The notes: generated by a model not told the origin, from the sequence alone. 64,000 nt of DNA from a virus (IMGVR_UViG_3300044611_002115:1-64000), one strand, 5' to 3'; numbered from the stretch's first letter, positions 18,460 through 28,809 are shown. Made by a program: numbers and translations.

Positions 18460-19767
18460 ATGAGCATACTACGCCGCCGACTAGACCTCACCTCCTCCAA
18501 GCGCCAGCTTGCCGTGGAGTCCCGCATCCCCAGCACCAAGGAGCGCAGGTTTATTGAGAACAGGCTGAGCTTCCCGCTGCACAGGTTCACGGACTTTGAA
18601 TCCTACATCAGCGCGGGCAGCAAGCAGGTCTGGGCCACGTTCCGCGCGTGCCACCTTGTAGCCTCCGTCATTATGGGGACGGACTTTAAGGTGGTGAAGC
18701 CCGACCAGCCCCTATGGACTCCCAACCCTGCCAAGGACGACGAGATGTTTCTCCTCGGCAGGCCAAACCCTTTGGACTCGTGGAAGGAGCTGCTGTATAT
18801 GTGGGTCTATCACATCAAGCTCACGGGCTGCGCGTTCTGGCTAAAGGACGAGATTAACGCGCTGGGGCAACCCACCGCCGTCTATCCCCTGCTGCCGCAA
18901 TACATGCGCATCGTGCCCGACGAGAAGAAGAACATTGCGGGGTTCATCTACCACGTGAACGGGCGGGAGGTTAAGTTCACGCCGGAGGAAATTATTTACT
19001 TCCGCCGCCCGCACCCCGCGTCAACCGTGTGGGGCATGGGGGACATTGAGCCAAGCGAGCCTCTGTTCAACGCGTTCATCAACCGCTCCACCTACGAGGA
19101 AAAGTTTATGGAGAACGGGGCGCAGCCGAGCGGAGTTATGACGCTCAAGGAAAAGGTGGACGACCCTGCGGAGTGGGCAAAGCTCAAGAGCTGGTGGAAT
19201 ACGGAGTATGGTGGAAAGAAGAACGCGGGCAAAACGGCGTTCCTCCAAGGCGAGTGGGAATACCACAAGCTCGGCTTAGACCAGCAGGCCATGCAGTCGC
19301 TTGAGCGGGAGAAGCTCACCGTGGAGCAAATCTTCATCAACCACGGCGTTCCCCTATCCATCGCGGGCATCCTTGGCGCTGCCAACTACGCCACCGCCAA
19401 GCAGGACGAGCTGAACTTCCGCAAGTATGAAATCGTCCCGCTGCTGGAAATGTTTTGCGGCAAGCTAAACCGCGAGGGCGCGCTCTTTCCGCTGTTCAAA
19501 AACAACACGCAGCTCGCCTATGAGTTGAGCGGGCTTGTGGACGTGGAGCAGGTGACGAAGGAATACGGGCCGCTCCTGCGCCTCGGCGCTATCACGCCAA
19601 ACGAGATTCGCAAGCTCGCGGGGCTTAACCCCGTCAACGACCCCTACCTCGACCAATACTTCATCGACAGCATGCTGTCCCCTATGGAGATGGCGGGGCT
19701 TGCCACCGTCCCGCCCGCTCCCGCGCCAAGCAAGAGCGCGGACTACCGCAAACTCAAGCTCAGCTAA
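18460..19767 (+). CDS. Portal protein (HK97 family)
   Basis: PNP, L.G.AF, IIYFR, FMENGAQPSGV, KNAGK, GVP..I.G, ITPNEIR. Confidence 0.92.
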   Translation: MSILRRRLDLTSSKRQLAVESRIPSTKERRFIENRLSFPLHRFTDFESYISAGSKQVWATFRACHLVASVIMGTDFKVVKPDQPLWTPNPAKDDEMFLLGRPNPLDSWKELLYMWVYHIKLTGCAFWLKDEINALGQPTAVYPLLPQYMRIVPDEKKNIAGFIYHVNGREVKFTPEEIIYFRRPHPASTVWGMGDIEPSEPLFNAFINRSTYEEKFMENGAQPSGVMTLKEKVDDPAEWAKLKSWWNTEYGGKKNAGKTAFLQGEWEYHKLGLDQQAMQSLEREKLTVEQIFINHGVPLSIAGILGAANYATAKQDELNFRKYEIVPLLEMFCGKLNREGALFPLFKNNTQLAYELSGLVDVEQVTKEYGPLLRLGAITPNEIRKLAGLNPVNDPYLDQYFIDSMLSPMEMAGLATVPPAPAPSKSADYRKLKLS

Positions 19768-19771
19768 GACC

Positions 19772-21691
19772 ATGCCATGCGCGTGCCACAAGCACAGGCT
19801 TTCATCCGGCGCGGTGTTCACCCTGTCCACTAAGTCCCACGTCCCAGAGGGCGGATGGACGAATGCGCACCTGCGCACCCCAAACGGGCAAGCGCTCAAC
19901 GCCGACCTTGTTCGCGTGCACAGGGCGGCGGTGGCGCGGGGGATGCGGGAGTATGGCGTGTGGCTGCGTGAAAAGTTTGACCTTCTGCTGGACAAGGTTA
20001 TCACGCAGGTCACGCTCGCCAAGCGCAGCCACCACTCGGGCAGGAGCGCAAGCGTGGGGGCTAAGGCGCAGGAGGAAATCTTCCTGTTCGACCTCATGGG
20101 CGACGAGCGCCTATGGATGAACGCGCTCAACAGGGAGCTGCAAGAGTTTCAAGGCGAGCTGCTGGTGGATTGGGTGCCCCGCGTGCAAAGCGTGGCGAGC
20201 GAGAGCTTCGCCAAGACGAGCGTGCTGCTGGGGAGGGAGACGCAGAAGGGGGACTCCAACTTGGTGCTCTCGCGCATCCGCGAGATAGGCTCGCTCATAA
20301 CCAACATTACGGAGACGACACGCACGCGCTTTTCCGACATCATCGGGCAGGGGCTAGACAGCGGGCTTCCCGTGAACGGAGTGGCGCAGCTCCTACGCGA
20401 CAGCATGCCCTTCATCGCCTACAACCGCATCGCCACCATCGCGCGGACGGAGATGGGGCGCAGCAGCGACGCGGGGAAAGTCTTAGCCATGCAGCGCAGC
20501 GGGGTGATCGACTTGATGGAGGTTATTGGCTGCGAAGCGGAGGAGGCTAACAGCCCGCAGTATAACGGGCGCTCGACCTGCAACATCACCAACGTCCCTG
20601 CGGCGGAGGCGGACTCCTTAGAGTTCCACATCAACCACACGGGGACTTGGGTGGTGCAGGAGTTTATTGACAAGGACGACCCCAATCCACCGGACGACCC
20701 ACCACCGCCACCCCCACCACTGCCGCCGCCTCCCGTGGTTCCAATCCCACCCGCAGTCCTTCCGCCCGCCCCACCCGTGCCAGCACCCGCGCCCGTGCCC
20801 GTGCTTCCACCCGTGCCCCCGCCCGTGCCCCCTCCGCCCACCATTGCGGAGATTGAGGCGTCCGTGCAGTCGCGCTTCGCCACGCTCCCCGTGTTTGCGA
20901 AGGAGGCGGACGACTCCCTCTTAGCAATCTCAAACACTAGGGACAGGGCGAGCGTCGCCTATCAGTTATTCTCCGACGCACAGCGCGCGGGAGCAGCCAA
21001 GGAGGAAGTGACTGCGCGATACAATGAGTGGGTGGCATTAACGGCGGAGGTGAAGCGGATGCACGACCACAGAAAAACACTCGTGTCCCGTGTGCACGCT
21101 GCGCTGGCGCTGCCGGAGGCTAGGCGCATTGACGCGGCCAGCGCCTTTATTGCCCCCGCCACAACATCAGCGACAGCAACGGCAAAGACTATTGCGGGGA
21201 ACGTGCAGCGCACGGTGGGCTGGCTGCGCCAATTTGTTGACAAGGACATATTCCCGACAGCCGCTAAGTGGAAAACCACAGCCAAGAGCCGCGCCTTCCA
21301 CTACGTCGGGAAGGTCTATATCAAATCAACCACCCCAGACAAAACCATCGCCCATGAGCTGATGCACGCTCTGGAGTTCTTCAACCTCACAACAGGCAAA
21401 GCGTCCACGGACTACAGGGACTCGCGCAATGGGGTTGGGGAGGTGCTCAAGAAACTTAGCGCGCTCACAGGCCACAGCGGATACAAAGCCAACGAGGTCG
21501 CCTACGAGGACAAGTGGGTTAAGACAGGGAACGCGGCATATTGCGGAAAGCACTACGGCACGGCCTATGCCAGCGAGGTGCTGAGCATGGGCATTGAGCG
21601 CCTTATGACAGACCCAATGAACTTTTTCAAGCAAGACCCAGAGTATATGAAATTCGTCCTCATGGCGCTGAGCGGGAGGTTTAGGAAGTGA
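19772..21691 (+). CDS. MuF/gp7-like head morphogenesis protein with Pro-rich linker and C-terminal HExxH domain
   Basis: ITETTR, RIATIARTE, HINHTG (MuF); poly-Pro 20680-20840; IAHELMHALE..SEVLSMG. Confidence 0.75.
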   Translation: MPCACHKHRLSSGAVFTLSTKSHVPEGGWTNAHLRTPNGQALNADLVRVHRAAVARGMREYGVWLREKFDLLLDKVITQVTLAKRSHHSGRSASVGAKAQEEIFLFDLMGDERLWMNALNRELQEFQGELLVDWVPRVQSVASESFAKTSVLLGRETQKGDSNLVLSRIREIGSLITNITETTRTRFSDIIGQGLDSGLPVNGVAQLLRDSMPFIAYNRIATIARTEMGRSSDAGKVLAMQRSGVIDLMEVIGCEAEEANSPQYNGRSTCNITNVPAAEADSLEFHINHTGTWVVQEFIDKDDPNPPDDPPPPPPPLPPPPVVPIPPAVLPPAPPVPAPAPVPVLPPVPPPVPPPPTIAEIEASVQSRFATLPVFAKEADDSLLAISNTRDRASVAYQLFSDAQRAGAAKEEVTARYNEWVALTAEVKRMHDHRKTLVSRVHAALALPEARRIDAASAFIAPATTSATATAKTIAGNVQRTVGWLRQFVDKDIFPTAAKWKTTAKSRAFHYVGKVYIKSTTPDKTIAHELMHALEFFNLTTGKASTDYRDSRNGVGEVLKKLSALTGHSGYKANEVAYEDKWVKTGNAAYCGKHYGTAYASEVLSMGIERLMTDPMNFFKQDPEYMKFVLMALSGRFRK

Positions 21692-21942
21692 AGGCTAAAA
21701 TCACACAGGCCGGAATGGTGTACTTTTACGACGGGCACAAGTGGGAGGGCGAGGAGCCTCTGCGCACCCACTGCGAAATGCTGGAGAGCCTGCTCCCGCT
21801 GGACTACTACCCCGATCCCATGCGGGGCATTTCCGCGCGCGTGAAGGAGCTGCTGCCAGCGCCCGTGGCGTGCGAGATTGTGGGCGTCGCGGAACCCGAA
21901 CTGGAGGACGACACCCTAGACCCCAATGATGTTCAGTATTGA
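21688..21942 (+). CDS. Small acidic protein (candidate MuF immunity protein)
   Basis: GTGA overlap with the MuF stop. Confidence 0.5.
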   Translation: MKAKITQAGMVYFYDGHKWEGEEPLRTHCEMLESLLPLDYYPDPMRGISARVKELLPAPVACEIVGVAEPELEDDTLDPNDVQY

Positions 21943-21990
21943 CACGCGCCGCGAGCGGGCGCAGAGTTGCGCTTTCAACTCCAACATCCC

Positions 21991-22368
21991 ATGAGCACTC
22001 CCTCGCAATACCTCGCCACATACAACGGCCCCACGGCAACAGTCGGGAGGCACGGGGAACTTCGCGCAGGGGACAAGGTGGTGCTGAAACGCAGGGAGTG
22101 GCTCTACGTGCAGCAGCACAGCGCAGGGGAGTTCACAGTGGACTCCGACGTTGACCCCTCCACGCCCGCAGTGGAAGCAGCGGGGGAATCCCCAGAAACC
22201 CCCGTGGAATCCGCAGAGGGGGGTGCTGAACCCACGCAAAAAGGCTCGGCAATCGCACAAAATGACGTCCAGCAGCGTCCGCAGCGGGAAAACAGTGCAC
22301 AGCCAGCGGCTTCCCCAAGCAAGCGCACAGCCCCCAAAAAGACCGTCGCCCCCGTGCGCAAGCGCTGA
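21991..22368 (+). CDS. Hypothetical virion-region protein
   Basis: YNGPTATVGRHGELRAG; N-terminus paralogous to 30585. Confidence 0.6.
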   Translation: MSTPSQYLATYNGPTATVGRHGELRAGDKVVLKRREWLYVQQHSAGEFTVDSDVDPSTPAVEAAGESPETPVESAEGGAEPTQKGSAIAQNDVQQRPQRENSAQPAASPSKRTAPKKTVAPVRKR

Positions 22369-22453
22369 CGGAGTGCAACTGTTGCAGCGCTTCCGCAGTT
22401 TTTCTTGACAGCGGGGGCACGGGGAATCACGGTGGCGGCAACACGACGCACCC

Positions 22454-23350
22454 ATGAAACTTCTCCATGCCCGCAAGCACGCCCCCGCCGCCACCAAACA
22501 CTTTCCAGCAGGAGCACTCCTGCGAGTGGCGTCCAAGTCCTTCGTCCCCGCCCCGCGCGTGCCCGCACCCGCACCCGACGCGCTGCTGGAAAAGATGGTG
22601 AGCTTTGAAGTGGACGGCGTGCTGTGTGCGGGGCTGGTGAGCAAGCGCCTGTCCGCCGACTCCCTCACCGTGCGCCTCGCCATTCCCGACAAGCGCGGCA
22701 TCCTCATCGTCACGGACTCCGAAATTGTCCACCCCGCCGCAGGGCTGGAGGTTGTCGGCTCCGTGGTGCGCGAGGAGCATAAGGTGCGGGAGTTCGCGGA
22801 GTCCTTCGCCTTTGAAATTGACAAGAAGATGGTCACGGTCATGGACGTGGAGAACCCGTCCATCGTGGAGGACTACCTGAACGTGAGCGTGGAGGGCTTA
22901 GCGTCCACGTTCCAAACCACCACCCCCGCTGACAGGGATGGCGACTACGTGGTGCCCACCGCGTTCAAGGACACGCTGGTTGAGTTCCGCAAGAACCCCG
23001 TGATGCTTGCAGACCACACGAACCGCATTGACAACCTGATTGGCTCCTACTCCAAAATCAGCACGACGCCCGCTGGCCTCGTCGTGCGGGGCGACCTTAG
23101 CAACGCCAAGGAGGTGCGCCGCGTGCGCTTCCTCGTCGCGGAGGGACACCTCAAGGCGTTCAGCATCGGCGGGCTGTTCTACTACGGCGCGGACGGCAGG
23201 GCGATTGAGCGCGTCAACCTTTATGAAATCTCCATGACTCCCGTGCCCGCCAACCCCGACGCGCTCTTTCAAGTGCGCTCGCTGGGGGCGTCGGATGTGG
23301 CGAAGCTCTGGAGCAGCGAATCCAAATCCCTGCGCCGCTGGTTGTCGTAA
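22454..23350 (+). CDS. Prohead (capsid maturation) protease
   Basis: DRDGDYV..AF, PVMLADH, FSIGG, EISMTPVPANPDA. Confidence 0.9.
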   Translation: MKLLHARKHAPAATKHFPAGALLRVASKSFVPAPRVPAPAPDALLEKMVSFEVDGVLCAGLVSKRLSADSLTVRLAIPDKRGILIVTDSEIVHPAAGLEVVGSVVREEHKVREFAESFAFEIDKKMVTVMDVENPSIVEDYLNVSVEGLASTFQTTTPADRDGDYVVPTAFKDTLVEFRKNPVMLADHTNRIDNLIGSYSKISTTPAGLVVRGDLSNAKEVRRVRFLVAEGHLKAFSIGGLFYYGADGRAIERVNLYEISMTPVPANPDALFQVRSLGASDVAKLWSSESKSLRRWLS

Positions 23351-23371
23351 CCACCCCACCCACACAATCTA

Positions 23372-24073
23372 ATGATCGCGGAAGAAGCCAATCTCAACCT
23401 CGTTGATTTTTTCATCTCCTTAGATGAAAGCCCGCAGCAAGCGCTCCGCGCCGCGCTCAACATCAACAGCCCCGCGCCCAAGACGCAGATCGTCGCCAAC
23501 GACAAGCTGCGGGTGAGGCTGCACTTCTGCCGCGCAAGCGGGGGCGTGCTGTCCGAAGTCTCCTACCCCGTGGGCACGGTGGTTTCCATAGGGGCGATTC
23601 CCGCCAGCAGCACCTACGGGACGAGCGAGTTGTTTATTGCGGGGGCGTGCTCCCTAGTGGAGACGGAGACGAGCGCCTACTACGAGCTTGAGGTTAATGC
23701 GGCCACGTCAACGATGGCGACGCTGCTGAGCGCGGCCTCCTCCCGCGACATCATTGTGAACGTGCAGGTGTCCGACGCGCTGGGAGGGCTTGCCACGCAG
23801 CGCAGGACAGTCGCCTACTTCACCGCCGCAGCGCTCAAGGACGCGCTCAACGACGGCGGCGCAGCGCCAACCCCGTCGCCCGAATACTTGGGAATAGACG
23901 GGACGATTAACTGCGGCGGAGCGGCGGGGGATGCCACTTCATTTTCCAGCGCGGGCAGCACGTCCACGACGGGCAGCTCCAGCAGCTCCAACACGTCGGC
24001 ATCAACCAGCGTGAGCGGCACGTTCACGACCACTGCCGCCACCAACACCTACTCAACGACATACCCAGCATGA
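23372..24073 (+). CDS. Putative virion protein, Ser/Thr-rich C-terminus
   Basis: ORF in structural operon. Confidence 0.55.
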   Translation: MIAEEANLNLVDFFISLDESPQQALRAALNINSPAPKTQIVANDKLRVRLHFCRASGGVLSEVSYPVGTVVSIGAIPASSTYGTSELFIAGACSLVETETSAYYELEVNAATSTMATLLSAASSRDIIVNVQVSDALGGLATQRRTVAYFTAAALKDALNDGGAAPTPSPEYLGIDGTINCGGAAGDATSFSSAGSTSTTGSSSSSNTSASTSVSGTFTTTAATNTYSTTYPA

Positions 24074-24258
24074 GCGCAGACCCAATCCTTCTACGCAAAC
24101 AAGACGAGCTGCCCTCTAACCCGCCCGACGCGGGAACCATTGAGCTTTACGTGGGGGCTGACGGCAAGCCCAAGCAGCGCGGCGTGGACGGCGTGGAAAA
24201 AGATTTAGGCGGGACAACCCTCACAGAGATTGACGGAGGGGACGCCTACAGCGTATAG
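24070..24258 (+). CDS. Small virion-associated protein
   Basis: NPPDAGTIELYVGADGK..IDGG. Confidence 0.5.
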   Translation: MSADPILLRKQDELPSNPPDAGTIELYVGADGKPKQRGVDGVEKDLGGTTLTEIDGGDAYSV

Positions 24259-24274
24259 AGAGGAAACCAATACC

Positions 24275-25156
24275 ATGAAAGTAAGACTTCGCAGATCAAC
24301 CTTGGCAGAATGGACAGAAGTGAATCCCGTGCTCTTGCTGGGCGAAGCGGGATATGAAAGCGACACCCGCCTCATGCGGGTGGGTGATGGCACAACGGCC
24401 TTCCTTTCACTGCCTCATGTGAAGGCGGCAGCGGAGTCCATCATCGCAAAAGTAACGGTGGCGGATCAGGCGGCTCGTTACGCCCTGACTTTGCAACAGG
24501 TGCAAAATGGCGACTACGTTTTCCAGACTGACACCTCCGTTCTCTACGAGGTGACGGATCAGACCGCCCTCAACGGTGCGGGAGGCTATACCGCCCTTGC
24601 CACGGTCACGGCTGCGGCGATTTCCGACTCCACAGCCGCAGGCCGCGCATTGCTCACGGCGGCGGATGCGGCGGAGCAGCGCACACTGATCGGCGCGGTG
24701 TATCCAACGATGCTGTTTCCTTCTGGGCAGAACATTATTGGGGATATTCCTACTGATTGGGGAAATGGAACCCATGACACAACACTGATTTTTGGAAATG
24801 CCGTAACTGCGATTGGAGGTGCAGTGTTCAACTACTGCGCTAGTCTCACCGGAACCCTAATTATTCCAAGCACAGTAATCACGGTTGGCCCTAGTGCCTT
24901 TGGAGGTTGCGCATTCACTGAGCTTACCATCCCCAACTCAGTAGCCATTCTCGGTGATGGGGCATTTAACAGTATGGGGTATTTGACTAGGGTTAATTGC
25001 TATGTCACCAAAACCATTATTGATTCCGGTTATGGTATGTTTGAAAGCATCGGTTCTCTTACCCTCCATGCGAGAGCTTCAGACGCAACATGGACGGCAG
25101 GCACCGGACTCACAGTTGGTGAGTGTTACAATGTAACCGTTATCAAAGACCTATGA
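24275..25156 (+). CDS. Fibre/adhesin: Mtd-N-like N-terminus plus BspA-type leucine-rich repeats
   Basis: RRSTLAEWTEVNPVLLLGEAGYESDT..VGDGTT; IPSTVITVGPSAF, IPNSVAILGDGAF. Confidence 0.7.
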   Translation: MKVRLRRSTLAEWTEVNPVLLLGEAGYESDTRLMRVGDGTTAFLSLPHVKAAAESIIAKVTVADQAARYALTLQQVQNGDYVFQTDTSVLYEVTDQTALNGAGGYTALATVTAAAISDSTAAGRALLTAADAAEQRTLIGAVYPTMLFPSGQNIIGDIPTDWGNGTHDTTLIFGNAVTAIGGAVFNYCASLTGTLIIPSTVITVGPSAFGGCAFTELTIPNSVAILGDGAFNSMGYLTRVNCYVTKTIIDSGYGMFESIGSLTLHARASDATWTAGTGLTVGECYNVTVIKDL

Positions 25157-25635
25157 AATACGCACTTCTAAGCTCCCACAAATTCATCAACCGAATCTCC
25201 GACACTGAACCGCAGTCCATTGCGGAACGAGCAACCGTTGAGCAGATCACCGATGACCAAGCCGCACAGGTTGAGGCTGGTCGCACCAGCACTCCTCCTG
25301 TCCGCTATTTCCTGATCGGCGGAACACTTCTGACCATGCAGCAGAAGATGGAGGCCGACCGCGCTGCCCGTCTCGCGGAACGTGCCGCCAGCATGACACC
25401 GGAGCAGAAGATCGCGGCAGGGGAGCAGTATGTCATCAACTCAGGAATCACCGGATTTCGCCTCGGTGCATTGCAAGACCGTTTGCTGACAGCGAAGGAG
25501 GCGGGAACTCTCGCCAGCAAACCGAAACTGGTAGCTCTCTACACATGGCTCCAGACGGTGAAGGCTATGGCGATTGCCGGAAGCGTTTCCTTCCCTCCCG
25601 CACCGCACACATTTGAAGAAGTCGTCAGCGAATGA
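25153..25635 (+). CDS. Hypothetical protein (possible fibre chaperone)
   Basis: Overlaps fibre stop; lower GC. Confidence 0.55.
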   Translation: MKYALLSSHKFINRISDTEPQSIAERATVEQITDDQAAQVEAGRTSTPPVRYFLIGGTLLTMQQKMEADRAARLAERAASMTPEQKIAAGEQYVINSGITGFRLGALQDRLLTAKEAGTLASKPKLVALYTWLQTVKAMAIAGSVSFPPAPHTFEEVVSE

Positions 25636-26015
25636 GCGAGCCCGACACTGTTAATCTCCGGCTTGATAACTTGGAGGATTTCCGGGCCGAGCAATTGTCC
25701 CTGAACAAGTCCATCTTGGAGGCGCTGCACCGGATCGAGCTTGGCCTGCAAAGCGCCCGCGACAAGGCGTGTCCGTTGCCGGGGCATTGCGTGGTGCTCG
25801 AAAGCACGATGAAGGAGAAATACAGCGCGGACGTGCTCCGGTTTTCCCGGCTCGAAACCCGCATCGCTGAAAACGACGCGTGGCGAAAGGAGATCGAGGG
25901 AAAAATCGACTCGCTGAAAACCACCTTGAATCGCGGCCTTGGCGCGGTCGGGTTGCTCACTGTCGCGATGCCGCTGCTGACGTGGTTCATCATTAACCAC
26001 CTCGTAAACCGATGA
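25632..26015 (+). CDS. Coiled-coil protein with C-terminal TM helix
   Basis: Heptad-rich body then LGAVGLLTVAMPLLTWFII. Confidence 0.6.
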   Translation: MSEPDTVNLRLDNLEDFRAEQLSLNKSILEALHRIELGLQSARDKACPLPGHCVVLESTMKEKYSADVLRFSRLETRIAENDAWRKEIEGKIDSLKTTLNRGLGAVGLLTVAMPLLTWFIINHLVNR

Positions 26016-26308
26016 AATGCCATCTCCTGATTTCTGTCCTCACTGCCCTCAGTTTGTCTGTGGGTTGCACGGCACCGCGCCATGCTGTTTCGCACCCCCT
26101 AGCGGGAGTGCGGGGTCAGGCGGCGGGCATCACGGAGACAATCACCTTAGCCAAGAGCGACGGGAAGGAAGTGCGCAAGAGCCTGACAGCGGCGCAGGAC
26201 GCCGCCCAGCGCGCGTGGCAGGACAGCAAGACGGTGAAGGGCTACCATGACGGCTTCCGCAGCCACCTTGACCGCGCGGACTACAAAATCCAACGCCTGC
26301 TCGAATGA
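26012..26308 (+). CDS. Lipoprotein (possible spanin component)
   Basis: Signal peptide with lipobox LSVGC. Confidence 0.55.
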   Translation: MKCHLLISVLTALSLSVGCTAPRHAVSHPLAGVRGQAAGITETITLAKSDGKEVRKSLTAAQDAAQRAWQDSKTVKGYHDGFRSHLDRADYKIQRLLE

Positions 26309-26841
26309 AAATCCTCGTCGCCTTAGTCCTCGCTGCAACTGTTGCAACTTCCATCGCCCTGACCCCAGCGGAGCAGCGGGAGTATGTGAAGGGGTTGCAG
26401 GTTGAGCTGAACGCGCTGCGTGCAAACCTTGAGGGCGCGGAGAACGCCAATGCCGCGCTGCAAGTAAACCTCGACACAACCAAGTCCGCGCTGCTCGCAT
26501 CCTACCAAAAGAACGAGACGGCGCTTGCTGTGCAAACCGCCGCGCTCACGCAGCTCATGCGCATGGAGGCAGACCTCAAGGTTAAGGACGAGGCATACGG
26601 CAAGCTCATTGCGGACAACGAGCAGCTCAAGCTCGACAAGGCGGCGGAGCATGCCAAATACATCCGCGCCAAATTTTTCATTGGCGGAGTGGCGGGCGTG
26701 ATTGCTGCCATGCTCTGCGTCCTGCTGCTGCTAAAGTATGCGGGACTCGCGCTCAACACGCTGCCCGGTTTAGGCGTCGTTGCGGGTGCTCCCATCGTTG
26801 TTGGTGGGCTGGTGTTTGGTGCCGCCCAGCTTTTCTTCTAA
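26305..26841 (+). CDS. Membrane coiled-coil protein (possible spanin component)
   Basis: N-terminal signal, coiled coil, two C-terminal TM segments. Confidence 0.55.
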   Translation: MKILVALVLAATVATSIALTPAEQREYVKGLQVELNALRANLEGAENANAALQVNLDTTKSALLASYQKNETALAVQTAALTQLMRMEADLKVKDEAYGKLIADNEQLKLDKAAEHAKYIRAKFFIGGVAGVIAAMLCVLLLLKYAGLALNTLPGLGVVAGAPIVVGGLVFGAAQLFF

Positions 26842-26860
26842 CCCATCCACCTCGCCCCTT

Positions 26861-27265
26861 ATGATCCACCGCGTCCTCACCCTCATCTACAAAGTGCTGC
26901 GCAGGCTAGTCTCCTCTTGGGCCGTGCTGCTGCTTGCATCCGTTGCCACTTGGCTGTTCCTGTGCCTCCCTCCCATCGTGCGCAGCTACGACCCCACGGC
27001 GGGGAACTACGACGGGGGCTTCGTGCTGTGGATTGGGCTGGGGCTTGCGCTTGCGTGCATCGTGCTCGCCGCGTCTTGGATCGTGTGGCAGCTTGGCTTC
27101 GGCAGCATTGACCGCGCCACGGCAAGCAAGGAAGCGGAGTTTGGGCACTTGGAGGATTGGTTCCACGCGTGCACGCCGCTCCAAAAGGTGCTGCTCACGC
27201 AGGGGACGTTCATCTTCGTCATTTGCTTCGTCCTCTACTGCCTCACCTTAGTCCAGACCAAATGA
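26861..27265 (+). CDS. Putative holin
   Basis: Three TM segments immediately before the endolysin. Confidence 0.5.
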   Translation: MIHRVLTLIYKVLRRLVSSWAVLLLASVATWLFLCLPPIVRSYDPTAGNYDGGFVLWIGLGLALACIVLAASWIVWQLGFGSIDRATASKEAEFGHLEDWFHACTPLQKVLLTQGTFIFVICFVLYCLTLVQTK

Positions 27266-27828
27266 CCCGTGCGTTTTTACTTGCCGCCATTCTTGCTCCG
27301 CTGGTTTGCCACGGTCAGCTTGTCGTGGGAGTTGAAGCGCCGCGCGCGGGAGCGCGAGATAGAATTCTCAGTGCCGCCAAGAGCCTCGTCGGAACCACAG
27401 AGGCCACGGGGAACAACGACGGCGCAGCCATTGACCGCATCCTCGCCAGCGTCGGACTTGAAGGCACAGGCGCTCCCTACTGCGCCGCCTACAACCGATG
27501 GGTGTATGATGCGGCAGACCTGCGAGCTTTTGGCCCACGTTCAGCCCTCGCTGCCTCATGGGTGCAAGCTGCGACATGGACGCGCGCGGGCGGAGGGAGA
27601 ACTCCGCTGTCCGGTGACACATGGGGCATCTACTTCCCCAGCAAAAAACGTGTCGCCCACACGGGCATCGTCTGGGTGTGGGGAAGCACAACAGTCAGAA
27701 CCTTAGAGGCGAACACGTCGCCGGAGGCTGTAGCGGGCAGCGCTGCGGACAGGAATGGCGACGGGGTGTGGAGCAAGTATCGGCTCAAGAACCAAATCTA
27801 TGCCTCTCGCAACTGGCTCGGAGATTAG
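27262..27828 (+). CDS. CHAP-domain endolysin with N-terminal signal sequence
   Basis: PYCAAY, HTGIV, LEANT. Confidence 0.75.
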   Translation: MTRAFLLAAILAPLVCHGQLVVGVEAPRAGARDRILSAAKSLVGTTEATGNNDGAAIDRILASVGLEGTGAPYCAAYNRWVYDAADLRAFGPRSALAASWVQAATWTRAGGGRTPLSGDTWGIYFPSKKRVAHTGIVWVWGSTTVRTLEANTSPEAVAGSAADRNGDGVWSKYRLKNQIYASRNWLGD

Positions 27829-28666
27829 GGCGCTCGCCTTTGTTGGCGCGGAGCGTGACTACTACTCCATCCTCGCCCAATCCTTCTTTCACGGCGCACG
27901 CGCAAAAGGCGTCACCGTGCTTCCCTACGGCGTCCAGCGGGGGGCGGGCGCGTGCGTGACGTGTGGGATGCGCCCAGAGCACGCCAAAGCGCGTGCAGCA
28001 GCACGCCGCAGGGGATTGCCCCTCGTCGTGCTGGAGCTTGGCTACATGCGCCGCGCCACCAGCAAGTATCTCCCGACAGGCTACTACCAAGTCGGCATAG
28101 GAGGCATCGGGTGGGTTCCCCGAGAGCAGACGCCCCCAGACAGGTTCGACGCCCTTAACCTTCCCGTCTATAACGACCACGCGGACGCCAGCGGGTGCTG
28201 GTTGATTGTGGGGCAGGTGCCCAACGACGCACAGCACCGCTTGGACGCGGACAAGCTGCTGCGCTGGTATGAGCGGGCGGCGGATGGCATACGCGCCAAG
28301 CACGCGGGCGCTCACATTATTTTTCGATCCCACCCCAAAGGCCCGCTCGTGCTCAACGGCGTGGAGCAGCAGAACGGGATGGACAACCCCATCAACTTCC
28401 ATGCCGTGCGCTGCGTTGTCACCTACAACTCCACGTTCTTCTACGAGTCCACACTGGCGGGCGTGCCCGTGCAGTGCGCGCCCTGCGCACACTACGCGTC
28501 CGAGTGCGCACCCGTGGGGGCCGCGCCCGCGTGCAGAACGGCCTCTAAAAAGCTCCCGTTCCTGCGCCGTATGGCCTACGCGCAATGGACAGCGGAGGAG
28601 CTTGCAGCGGGAGAGGCTTGGGGGTTCCTCAAAAATAAACTGCAACAGTTGCACTTTTCTCATTGA
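27800..28666 (+). CDS. KpsS/Capsule_synth-like GT-B glycosyltransferase
   Basis: ELGY, GQVPNDAQ, RSHP, VTYNST..E..LAGVPV, AYAQWT; start uncertain. Confidence 0.6.
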   Translation: MPLATGSEIRALAFVGAERDYYSILAQSFFHGARAKGVTVLPYGVQRGAGACVTCGMRPEHAKARAAARRRGLPLVVLELGYMRRATSKYLPTGYYQVGIGGIGWVPREQTPPDRFDALNLPVYNDHADASGCWLIVGQVPNDAQHRLDADKLLRWYERAADGIRAKHAGAHIIFRSHPKGPLVLNGVEQQNGMDNPINFHAVRCVVTYNSTFFYESTLAGVPVQCAPCAHYASECAPVGAAPACRTASKKLPFLRRMAYAQWTAEELAAGEAWGFLKNKLQQLHFSH

Positions 28667-28809
28667 CTCACCGCGCGCGTTGTGGTGATTTCCTCCCAAC
28701 GGCTCTAATGCCACCAACGCGAAACGAAAAATCTTGAGGAGAGTATCGGGAGGCGGAAAGGGTTAGGAGCCACACAAACCAAACTCAGCATCCAAAGGAA
28801 AACATTCTT

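Noticed and set aside
20680-20840. C-rich DNA repeat
   Set aside because: Explained by the poly-Pro protein linker
24275-25156. Diversity-generating retroelement, suggested by the Mtd-like N-terminus
   Set aside because: No reverse transcriptase or template/variable repeat pair seen in this window
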